DNA of 64,000 bases. Source: Podarcis gaigeae (Eukaryota). Under the pieces are notes generated by a model. It was not told the origin of the DNA, ran no database searches, and was given only the letters and a program-made list of their open reading frames with translations. Where the stretch lies: assembly GCA_964106915.2 (NCBI GenBank), contig OZ066914.1. The stretch is one strand, 5' to 3'. Positions 39,560 through 50,822 of the stretch are shown here, one piece after another (position 1 is the first letter of the stretch; every line of letters starts with the position of its first letter). Position numbers and translations under genes: made by a program.

Positions 39560-39780
39560 CAGTCATGCCTCAGGTTAAATGTGCTTCAGGTTGAGTGTTT
39601 TCAGGTTACACTCCGCGGCAACCCAGAAGTAGCGAGGCGCCACTCGTGCATGCGCAGGCGCTCAAAATGACGTCACACACATACGTGGAAGCGGCGAATC
39701 GCGCAGTCGCAGGTTGTGTTCACTTCAGGATGCAAACGGGGCTCCGGAACGGATCCCGTTCGCATCCAGCAGTACCACTG
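39560..39780. mobile_element. Tc1/mariner(pogo)-type MITE with related TIR and a different CpG-rich interior
   Basis: cagtcatgcctcaggtt...gcagtaccactg-ta; 36 bp from family A copy 3. Confidence 0.75.
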
Positions 39781-39816
39781 TACATTTTTGAATGCTTGCC
39801 AAGTTTGTTCCAGGTA

Positions 39817-40029
39817 CAGTGGTACCTCAGGTTAAGAACTTGATTTGTTCTGGAGGTCCGTTCTAAACCTGAAACTGTTCTTAACCTGAGGTACCATTTT
39901 AGCTAATGGGGCCTCCCACTGCCGCCGCACAATTTCTGTTCTCATCCTGAAGCAAAGTTCTTAACCCGAGGTACTATTTCTGAGTTAGCGGTCTGTAACC
40001 TGAAGCGTCTGTAACCCAAGGTACCACTG
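39817..40029. mobile_element. Tc1/mariner(pogo)-type MITE, family A copy 3
   Basis: ta-cagtggtacctcaggtta...taacccaaggtaccactg-ta. Confidence 0.9.
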
Positions 40030-40389
40030 TATTTTTTTTTTTTTGAGGGGGGGAGAAACCCACTTGACTGCTGCTTGCTGCTGCCCTGCCCTGCTTATTT
40101 ACCCTTGGCAATCATTAATCAGCAGCTCCTCTATAGTACTTTCTGCAAGTACAATGTAGGAAAAACAATTTAACCAACAGCTATGTTTCACATAGTTGTT
40201 CTTACTCCTTAATTGTGGGTGGGGGGACACCCTATATACACTGGGGAAAGGGTGCAGGGAAAGTGGTAGCTCTAATTAACTTTATGATTTAAAAGAACCA
40301 CATGCCATTATATATTTTTCGTTATTTGCCCTTGTAGATTCTTAAATGGGTAGCAGCAAACAGCTACCATTAAGTACCACTAGCAAAGC

Positions 40390-40565
40390 TGTGCTTGCCC
40401 CCCTCTCCTCCTGCTGCACCCCCTCCCCATTTGGCTTGGGCAGTGTAGTAGGAGAACCCCCAGAACAACACGCAGGGGGAGGAAAGGGGAGATTGTTCTA
40501 TCTGGCAAGCATAAACGTTTGCACTGAGGGAATAATTGTAATAGCACAATGCTGAACTTCTCCCA
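40390..40565. mobile_element. Old interspersed repeat (probable MITE); second copy at ~46035-46185
   Basis: Both copies share ctcctcc...agaacccccagaa...atctggcaa...tgctgaa(c/t)t(t/c)ctccc. Confidence 0.55.
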
Positions 40566-41744
40566 TACCTTAAATCCTGTAAAGTAAAGCTGCAACTTAA
40601 GAGAGAATTACGAAAAATGATTACGATATGTGGCTTCCATTCTGCCTTATCCTTCCACTACCCAGAAAACTGATTAAGTTGCACAAAACGTATAGTGAAT
40701 ATCCAAAATTATTACAGACATGCGAGGCATTACAATAGAGTTTAGTCTGCTACCACAGTTTTCTTTTTGCTTTATCTAGATAGGGATTTTCAGAGAACTT
40801 CTAACAGGCTATTGCGGTCCCGCCTCTCCCCCCCCCCCCCCATTTCTCCCTCTCCTTTGTAACCAAAAGCAGCAGAACAATTAGAATACAAGGCCCATTA
40901 ATCCCTTTGTAAGCGTGTGCAGAGTTTATCTTCAAATTTCTATCACTGGGGTTTAATTAAAAGACTCCCAAAAGGCAGGAAAAGCCATACCAACATTCCC
41001 CACATGTACATTATGTTGTGATTCTTAGCAGCAGGTCACATTGACAGCTGGATAAGGGGAAGTATTACTCAAACCAGATGAGCTAGTGTGTTTACATTTA
41101 AACAGGTTCTTACATAGATAAAAGCCTACAACCCTGCTTCAAAGAACAGGTATTTCAGGTTGCTAGGAAACATCAAGTCATCTCAGATAGGCTCTGGTGT
41201 GTGTGTTTGTGTGTTTTATAAACCACCAGATCACAGACAACACAAACCTCTTTATGTTGCCCAGCTGTGTTGCTTTCTGTTTACTTAATCCCTAATCCCT
41301 AGAGAGGTTCACCCATTATACTAATGTACTTTCCCACCTTTAAAAGGTGCACTTTAAAAGTAAATTAAAGATTATTGTCTTTTCAGATTGGTAAATACAT
41401 CACACACTCCTGTTTCCGTCTTCATGGTGTGCTCAGAGATTATTATTAGACAGCACTTCTTTAAAAATACATACTGAAGAAGGATATTGCCTATACAGAT
41501 TCAGGAGAGAACAACGGGTAACCTACTGTTTGAGTCTCAAAGGCAAACATGGCCCCCATCAAGATGCTTAAGATGTAGGAAATGGGCCTTTAGTGTTGCA
41601 GGACCTACCCTTTGAAACTCCCTCCAATTACTTGTCAGAAGAAGAAGAAGGTTCTCTATTGTCTTTTGGGCACCTATCAAAGAACTTCTTTTTTCAATTA
41701 GCCTTTTAAGTTAATGTTTTTATATCAGTCTGATTTGTATTGGA

Positions 41745-42125
41745 TTTGAAAAAAGTTTCCATATATGAAATTGTTTTATATGTGTTTTTATTTTTTAGAC
41801 TGCTTCAAGATGTTTCATAGGCAGTGATTCCTAAGTGGAATGGGGGGGGGGGAGCCTGCCTTATTCTGCCTGTAAAGAAAGAAAAATCTCATTGTACCAT
41901 TATAACAACCCCATTATAACAAGAGTCCTTATTCTTTGAAAAAAGTTTCCATATATGAAATTGTTTTATATGTGTTTTTATTTTTTAGACTGCTTCAAGA
42001 TGTTTCATAGGCAGTGATTCCTAAGTGGAATGGGGGGGGGGGGAGCCTGCCTTATTCTGCCTGTAAAGAAAGAAAAATCTCATTGTACCATTATAACAAC
42101 TCCATTATAACAAGAGTCCTTATTC
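41745..42125 (+). repeat. Near-perfect tandem duplication of a 190-bp unit
   Basis: 41745-41934 and 41935-42125 differ, by eye, only in G-run length (11 vs 12) and one C/T. Confidence 0.95.
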
Positions 42126-42250
42126 TGTCATGGCAAATTGACCTGCATAATTGCTAGATCCCTGGATGAGGTAGTGCCCCCCAACTGAAAAAGGTGGGCC
42201 CACCTGACAAGAACCATTGATGCCCGAGATTTGGTATGGTATACTAAATA

Positions 42251-42462
42251 CAGTGGTACCTCGGGTTAAGTATTTAATTCGTTCCGGAGGTCCGTTCTTA
42301 ACCTGAAGCACCACTTTAGCTAATAGGGCTTCCTGCTGCTGCGGCCGCGCCGCCGGAGCACGATTTCTGTTCTCATCCTGAAGCAAAGTTCTTAACCCGA
42401 GGTACTATTTCTGGGTTAGCAGAGTCTTTAACCTGAAGCGTACGTAACCTGAGGTACCACTG
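42251..42462. mobile_element. Tc1/mariner(pogo)-type MITE, family A copy 4
   Basis: ta-cagtggtacctcgggtta...taacctgaggtaccactg-ta. Confidence 0.9.
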
Positions 42463-43241
42463 TATAGTATCTGGAAAGAAACTAGATCAAGAGGAAGCCT
42501 CCTGTTTCAATTTTTCTATTGTTTCCTTGCCCCGTCCCCCCTTTTTTTGAAGCCTGGGCATCTGGGCATTCCATTAACAGTTGATTTGGCTTTGAGTGGG
42601 AAGTCTCCATTATTAAGGAGACAGTTTATCATTTGGGGGAATAGCTGAGTTTGGAGAAACAATACATTTTTACAGAGTCTTCGGTTCAGGTACAGAAACC
42701 TTTTCAAAACATGATTAGAGAATACACACTAAAGCACATTCAAATCATAGTCTTCCTCACAAATAATTCCAGACGCTGTGGTTTACAAATCCCAGCAACC
42801 CATAACAAACTACAGTTCCCAGAATTCAGGACACAGTCTCAATCATTCTCTCTAATGCAAATCATCAACATATTAACACAAGAAGAGTACAAAAACTAAG
42901 GTGGCTGTGTTGATTCATTCTTGCACACATACCAGCAGCTGATAGCATAAACACCCATTCCTTAGGATCAGTATAACTGCAACCCTAGCACAGCTTCCTA
43001 GGATTAAGCTCCACTGAATTCAGTGCTGCTGAATTCTACTGCAAAGGTTCAATTTGTAAAGCCTGTTGAGCTTTAACCAAAGATTTTCACCCTTTGGTTT
43101 TTAAATTAGAAATGCAAACAATCTTTCAAAGAAATATTACCATTTAAACTAGAAACTCCATAAAAGAAAAATAAGAAAGGATCTGACCTCTGCTTATTTC
43201 CCATATTCTCTTACTTTCTTTAAGCTAATATGTCACAAAAA

Positions 43242-43369
43242 AAAATTTCTTCCAGTAGCACCTTAAAGACCAACTAAGTTAGTTCTTGGTATGAGCATGC
43301 ACACGAAAGCTCATACCAAGAACTAACTTAGTTGGTCTTTAAGGTGCTACTGGAAGGAATTGTTTTTGT
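43242..43369. mobile_element. Palindromic insertion with perfect 48-bp arms, probably derived from a Penelope-like element
   Basis: Arms 43249-43296 and 43309-43356 are exact reverse complements around a 12-nt loop; flanking direct repeat tatgtcacaaaaa; gtagcaccttaaagaccaac resembles reptile Penelope-like termini (from memory). Confidence 0.75.
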
Positions 43370-45229
43370 TATGTCACAAAAAGTGCCTCATCGTCAGCTT
43401 ATTCACTTGCAAAAGTGAGGAAGGTCCAGTCCATTATAGCTGGGAGCTGAGACAATAGTACAATCACACCTGCTCTGAAAAAACACACCCCAGGCCTGCA
43501 TCCCTTCCAAGATAACATTGCATAGGGAGGCCTGAATCTTAGCCAAGCAATATGGCAATAAGAATGGTCTGATTTTGGGTACTCCCAAAAAGTCTCTTTA
43601 AAACTATTCCAGTTTGAATTCTAGCCGATAATCTACAACTACCAATAAATTCAAGATAATTTTACTAGGCCAGGCAAAAACATCAATATGCATCCCTAAT
43701 GCTGACCTTAAGAAGCCAGTGAAACAAAGGAGGCTAAATATCCCTGAACTCCATTTTTATTTGGTCTAACCTTGAGCATAGCCTTAGAGCTGGTTTTACT
43801 TTGGAAGAATTCCGGTGACAATGACATTAAGGAGAATTCCAGTCCGTCTTTTACTCTGCTGAACTGGAATTTAACATAAGCCCAACACTACAGTTCATTA
43901 GAAAAGCAAACTTCAGACGTAAACAATCCCAAAACTTGTAAAATCATATTCACGTTCACAGTGACTACACTTCTGCTGCCAGACAGCCCACTCTCGTAAA
44001 ATCTATGTGCATCACGTAGCCAGTTCAGTTTAAGATAGCTGCTCAGTCATCATTTTAGCTTAATAAAAAGGCTATGGGCATGTGGCCATGACCATTTGGT
44101 GCTAAGCATAACTATTTTGAAGAGATTGTGTATAATAAAGTTAGACAGAACTGTCAAATTTTGGCTCAGCCTCCCATACAAGCAGCATTCCAGATTGCTG
44201 ACGTGTAAGATAAAATGGGAGAAAGGCTTTAGCTATTTGGTTTCATTCTGCTAGAATGCAGTGTCTGGAAGTGGAATGGTTGTCAACACCAACAGCAATA
44301 GGAGGAAGCAAGTTTCATTTTGTCTGTTAACTGCAGCTTCCTTTTTTCATGAAGTGGTGTTTGGAGCCCACATCAAAGGCTTCCACAGATGGGGAAAATG
44401 TTTACACCTGAAGGCATTAATAATACCTGTGCATTCAGTTTCCAAGCAGAGCCAAAGCTAACCCCAAAATAACAGTATTCTTGTTCTGAATCCAGAAATC
44501 ATGTGGGGGGGGGCATACTGGTTTGTTTGTTTTTTTGCTATGTAAGCCAATTATATCAAGAAGCACATTTTTGTTTTTCAAAATCCCAAAATATGGATAC
44601 TTAGGACAGGGAGAGCTGAGACAGATGGCAAGATGGCACAATCTTCTGGATGATGTTTTCACATGGCCTCCTAATAAAATGGAAAAACAAATGGGTGTGT
44701 GCATGTGCAGTGTTCACACAAACTATGGGTAAGAAAACATATAAAAAGCATTTACTGTGATATCATTCCTATGTGAAAATTCAAAATAGCAAGATTCCCC
44801 ATTTTACTGCTATCACTCCACACAAAGGACTGATGTGTTATTCAGAAGGCTTGCAATGTATAGTTTTAGCATTCTTCTGTTATTTTAGTGTTCTTGGTGT
44901 TTGCATGTATTATGCTAGTCTGTCTAAATTAATTGTTTGAATAGTCTGGTGTTTGTTATAAAATGAGGACTGAGAAATTAATAAAATGTAGGGTAGCAGC
45001 CTATCTTTCAGAATATTACATGCTTTAAAGAACAGAAATATAGATTAATTTAGTGGTAGTACCAATCAAGCCTGTGCCAGCATAGAAAATACCTTATTTA
45101 TTTGCTGAGGTGCTACTGCATCCTAATACTGCTATTGGGAAAATAACTAATAATGTAGAGCGATTGTGAGCTTGACCAAGGTCTGAATTAAATTAGTTAT
45201 AAAATTGGAAATTTATTTGAGAAACAGAA

Positions 45230-45231
<2 letters not shown>

Positions 45232-45278
<47 letters not shown>
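45232..45278. repeat. (TG)n microsatellite
   Basis: About 23 uninterrupted units, read directly. Confidence 0.97.
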
Positions 45279-45284
<6 letters not shown>

Positions 45285-45296
45285 GAAATCTGCTTT

Positions 45297-45712
45297 TGAG
45301 CACAATTCAAAGTGTTGGTGCTGACCTTTAAAGTCCTAAATGGCCTTGGTACTGTATACCTGAAGGAGCATCTCCTCCCCCATCGTCCAGCCCGGACACT
45401 GAGGTCCAGTGCCAAGGGCCTTCTGGTGGTTCCCTCACTGCGAGAAGTAAGGTTACAGGGAACCAGGCAAAGGACCTTCTTGGTAGTGGCGCCTGTCCTG
45501 TGGAACACCCTCCCAGCAGATGTCAAGGCAATAAGCAACTATTTTACTTTTAAAAGACAACTGAAGGCGGCCCTGTTTAGGGAAGTTTTTAATGTTTGAT
45601 GCTGTATTGTTTTTAATATTCGGTTGGAAGCAGCCCAGAGTGGCTGGGTAAACCCAGCCATATGGGTGGGGTATAAATAATACATTATGATTATGATAAT
45701 GATGATGACGAC
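45297..45712 (+). mobile_element. L2-type LINE 3' end (relatively well preserved)
   Basis: ORF 45312..45599 LVLTFKVLNGLGTVYLKEHLL...RTFLVVAPVLWNTLP is an L2 ORF2 C-terminus; followed by a 3' UTR and ATT/ATG-repeat tail. Confidence 0.9.
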
Positions 45713-47929
45713 TGAAAAGAATTATGTAAATCTAGTACAGTAATACTTTACACAGCGGAAGTATATTCACAGGGTTTTTTTTCTGCTATTGGAGACCAGG
45801 AGTTACAGTGTCCAAACCAAGATAATATGATTACCTTGGTCAGGATCCAACTCACTGGTCTGATTCACACACCACTTAAACCATAGTAAAAATCAGCTAT
45901 AGTTTAAAGTGAATGAGCAGTGTGTTGGTACATGTTGCTGAAATCTCAGGTACTTCTCTACAATACCTGAGCTGCTGGAAAAAACCAAGCCACATAGTCA
46001 GATTTAACTAAACTTAACTGCTAGCACAAACATAACCCAGTCTCCTCCCCTGCCCCCTCAAATTGGTTGGAGGAGGCAGAAGAACCCCCAGAAGAGTGCG
46101 GGTGGGGGGATAGTTCCATCTGGCAAAAACAAATGCTTGTGATGGTGGAATTATCATAACAGTATGGTGCTGAATTCCTCCCATAGTCTGGTTTGTTGCG
46201 TCCTTCCAAGCCCAGGATCATGGGTTGTTTCTCTCCAGACAAACCACAAGCAGAAACAGAGGTGTGTTCTTGGTTTGCCACCTGCAGTTTGTTTGGGGAA
46301 GCAAGTCAAGGTTTTATTTTAACTATGGCTTAATGCAGAGGTAAGAATCTGTCTATGCTGTCCATGCCCTCCTTGCAATGGGTCCTGTGATGCTGTATTC
46401 TGCTTGCCAGCATAAAGGATGGAAAGGTATGTGTGGTGCCAACGTGTGTGGAAATCCTTGACATTGGCCTGGCTAAAATGAACCCTACTGTACTATTGCT
46501 CTCCCACCATTTTACTATCTTCTTGCCTTTCCTAGCAAGCACAATTTTCATCTTGCATTATTTTCTCTAATCCATTTAAGGCAACCGTTTTGGCTAACTA
46601 CTATTTGGACTATTTTAAAAAGCTTGGGAAATTCAAAGCTTTATTGGATCCACAATGTACACATTTCCCACAAAGTTGTATATGTTTCTTTATCCTCCAT
46701 TTAAACAACTGGGAATTATTGCATTAACTTACCCTATTTAATTATGGAAAATTTCAAAATTTGGAGAAAAGAGCTGCAATGACTAGTCTCTCTGTGTGTG
46801 GCTGATCACAAACATTTTAAATCCCCTTCCCTCTACTTCTCTTTTGTAAAACATGTCCTCATGAATGTCAACAAAATGTATGCCCTCCTGAACAGCCAGC
46901 TACAGAAAGACTGTTTACTTAAAGGCTCTATATGGAATGGACATATCTGTCCTACAAAAATTAAAATCCTAAAATCCAAAAGCTGATACCTACATTCGGC
47001 ATAAAGTATGCAAACGAACCAATTTGCATAATTTCTCAATTTTATTTTGCAATTTTTACTGTTTAATTTCTCTTAAGTCTTAATTTTGCTGTATCACCCC
47101 ATGAAGGATCAAAATATGCTAGAAAACTACTGCCTCAAATTGTGGTCAGCAGAAGCAGAGCACCTTTTTAAATCTTTATGTCGTTTCTTACAATATAAAT
47201 AGCAATTATATAGCCACACTGAAAGGGTATTGGCTTGATTATTTCAAATTTTCATCTTGGAAAAGATTGGGAGAAACCTGTAATTTTCATGCGGCAGAAG
47301 ATTAGCTGCTAAATTGACTTTCAGGGTCAACAGCCTCACAAACTCAGAAATCCACTATCTTGGCCCAGAATTGTTATGATTACATTTACTGGGGTTTTTA
47401 AAAAATGCATTTGCTAGGATCATTATTATAAATGAAACTGGCATTCTCAGTCATTTCTGTCATCAAGATTGAGCAACAGTCACACCAAAATTGCAAACCC
47501 TTCAAAATCTCTGTGCAAAACCCTCCTATACTGTATTTGCAAGCACACCGGGTAAAAAACCAGCTACAGTATGCTGCTCCAAAAGGATAAGCACAGAAGT
47601 GAGAATCTAGTTTCAACTTCAGTGTTTACTTCAATTTCCATTATTTGTTGTGGAGAGTTGGACTGTTCTGCACTGTTAATATACACATGGATAACTTTGC
47701 GGCATAAATACTTGAATTATTATCACCCCTTATGCATTTGTCGGTTTTACTGCATTCTCTGAATGAATAATATAATATAAGCAAAAGAAATATTCCTATA
47801 TGTGCTCACACAGAGCAAACAGAATACAAGCTTGGCTGCTGTGGGGAAAGAGAAAGGGTGCTCCAAGAAGCATGTTAGCAGTCAGGGTTCCTCCAATCTG
47901 TCACTCCAAGAGCAACTGATTTTGTGTTG

Positions 47930-48012
47930 TTCAATGTATGTTGTGAACTGCCCTGAGATCTATGGATGAAGGGCGTTATATACATTTAATAAATGAATAA
48001 AAATAAAATAAA
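47930..48012 (+). mobile_element. Short LINE/SINE 3' tail
   Basis: ttgtgaactgccctgagatctatggatgaagggcgttatatac followed by an aataaa-rich tail. Confidence 0.55.
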
Positions 48013-49182
48013 TAGAAAGGCAGCAGTCCTGTTTCGCATACCATACTTAGAAGAAACAAAGGTCTACAGTTGTGAAACGGCTACTGTTGTGATTATTTTT
48101 ACACTTCAAAAGTGTAGGTCCCTGTCTCAAGGATCTCACCATCTAATATGACCACAGAAGACACAGGAAAGGCAGGAGCAAATAGAATAAGAATGCAGGA
48201 CTATTTGAGTTGCATTTGCTGAGTTACAGAGGTGCTTGAAAACTATCACAGCAGAATTTATTCAGAGAGTGGCTCGTGCACAAAACTTTATTTTCCACGA
48301 CACCAGTTCATTCCAAACTTCCTTCTTACTGTACTTTCAAAGCAGGAGAAGCCACAGCTTGTAATGAACAAAATAAAGCTGAAACTGCTACAGTGAGTGG
48401 TTACACTATACAGAACGTTTCTTTCTGTGTAGGAGATCCAAATAAACACTGCCTTTTAAACCCCTACTGCAACTTTACCCAGCAACATAATCCAAGAAAC
48501 TGATTAAATGTGCATGTACTTGTATATGCAATCTCCCATATATACACACAAACTTCCGGTTTTAAAGCTGTACTTGTCTTTTAAAGCTCAGACAGCACAT
48601 GCAGATTCTGTAATGTTGCATTTGATTCAATTAGAAACAGCAGTGGCTGGGTGGACAGGTTCCATAGTCCAAATTTCTTGAGACTATATTAGATGGCAGA
48701 CGATTAATAGACAAAAGGTAAGATAGTTGATTAACAAGTCTGTGTTAATTATTTGAGAAACCATCTACATTTTTTGTTGCAGTGATGTTGCATACATATG
48801 TATAAGGCCAGAAAGCAGGCTGCAAAAATGTTTCCGTACACCCTATATGTGTATATTATCATCTTGCTCATATGCTGGAAAGTCAGCATGACTCCTTTTC
48901 AGACAAAGTGTCCTTTCATTCAGCTCATGTTCACTCCAGTTTATCTGGTTACTCAAGCGGAAGGTTAATTCTACCTGGCCATTCTCTCGTGTAACAATGG
49001 CTGTTTATGTGAACACAAATAGGGCTTCAGCAGCAGATTCTGGGAAAGTTCAAAGCCAATGGAGTTGTTGTACTGCATTGGTTCCCTATACTGTATGGGT
49101 TTTTACTTTAAAAGCAGGGGTAACTTTCTTTCAATTCAGGTAATATAACAAGTAGTCATTCCGCATCCTCTTGAAGAAAAAA

Positions 49183-49301
49183 ACAGGGCTCCTGCACCTT
49201 TAATAGTTGTGCAAAAGAGCAAATTTAATCAGGTATATCTTACATGACAAGTTCTACCTGCTGAAATCTGCTCTTCTACATCAAAGGTGTAGGAGCCCTG
49301 T
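49183..49301. mobile_element. Palindromic MITE remnant
   Basis: acagggctcctgcaccttt...aaaggtgtaggagccctgt arms; tcctcttgaa repeated at 49166 and 49301. Confidence 0.65.
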
Positions 49302-49606
49302 CCTCTTGAACTAGTTGGATATGTTGTGGCTGAACCACAGCTCCTATTACAAGAATGTATTGGCATACTGAAGCATAATGTCACACAACTTCAATTATAA
49401 AAGGAACAGAGGTAGCCACATTTTAGAAAATGACATAATGTCTCTCTGTAATGATTCTGACAGTTGCTTAGGCCTAACTATTAAATACTTATTTCCACAT
49501 TAGGAAAAGGAGTGGTATATATAATTAACAAACCAATTTTCTCAGTGCAAAACAGGCAGACCTCCATCAGCTTAGCTAAAATTCTACTATACACTTTAAG
49601 AAACGT

Positions 49607-49789
49607 TAGCTCCCATTTTAAACGGTGTTTCCGTGAGCTGCTCTGGTTCGCCAGAAGCGGCTTAGTCATGCTGGCCACATGACCCGGAAGCTGTACGCCG
49701 GCTCCCTCGGCCAATAAAGTGAGATGAGCGCCGCAACCCCAGTCGTCCACAAGTGGGCCTAATGATCAGGGGTCCCTTTACTTTTACCT
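49607..49789 (+). mobile_element. 5'-truncated Sauria SINE
   Basis: tttccgtgagctgctctggttcgccagaagcggcttagtcatgctggccacatgacccggaag...ggtccctttacttttacct. Confidence 0.9.
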
Positions 49790-50724
49790 AGAATTCTGCC
49801 TAGTTTACTGTTATAAGATGGTGCAAAGTTTTCCTAAAATTAGGCATGTTTTAAATTCCTTAACACAAAGAACACACATTTAGCTTAAGCCCAATTTGTG
49901 AAAATACCTCAGGAAAACCCCATGAAATCAGGGTAAATTAAGCTACCAGACATAATACACATCAAATGAAAATGACAAGTGAGCTGTCATAATAATTATC
50001 TACTGACTTTCACTAACATTTGTTGGCCTGATCCTGGAAGCTAGTTACATCCACAGATAGCTATTCTTCCCACGACAACCCACCAACTCTTCAACACCTC
50101 TGCTTGGGCTCCTCACATAGCGGGAAATGATGGCAGGAAGAAGAGAAAGGGCATTTATGAAAACATAGCTAATACTTGTGCCATATTTATTACTCCTGGG
50201 GATCTTATGATAAATGTATTTGGAAGAATCATACTGAGACAGAGTAGTATTGTTTTGGTAAAATAAATCAGCAGAGACAATGAGAAAACAAGGATTCAAA
50301 GGTAAAAGTATGATCCAGTGATAAAATGCACTTCGGCTATTCCAGGTGATATTGACAGGATAAACAACTACCAGAATGAGAACAGAATGAGTTGGTAATG
50401 AAAGGCTGTATGCCAAAATCCTGAATGTGCACTACCAGGAATAGTGACTCACGGGTCTGTTCTCTTCTGTGATCAGTGACATGCTAGAAACTATTTAAAG
50501 ACTTTCACAAACCTTTATATAGAAGCCACTAAGCAGTGGCTGCTATGGACCACATTTGGTTCATGTGTGCAATGTTCTCTCCAGGATCAAGCTCAGGAGA
50601 CCAATTTGCAGCAGAAACCAATTGCAAAATGAGGATGAGCTAGTTAGTGCCTGTGACTTCAAACCTCCCCTCCTTTCTTTGCAATTTTTTCCGTTTCAAA
50701 AAATTCATAGTTAGGATCACCCTG

Positions 50725-50822
50725 CAAACATGGAGGCTTCCAAATGTTGTTGGGACTCCCAACTCCTTTCAGCCCAAGCTAGAATGGCCAAAGCCCAGGG
50801 ATGATGGGAGTTGCAGTCCAGT
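50725..50822. mobile_element. Partial palindromic MITE (type of 5088)
   Basis: ttccaaatgttgttgggactcccaactcc...gatgggagttgcagtcca. Confidence 0.55.

Noticed and set aside
1901-44210. Scattered kappaB (1901, ~33455), CRE (19709) and RCGTG hypoxia-element matches
   Set aside because: Short motifs at roughly chance frequency, not clustered.
50045-50416. 123-aa minus-strand ORF as a possible viral or pseudogene remnant
   Set aside because: Non-ATG start, AT-rich, no recognisable motif in any frame I read.
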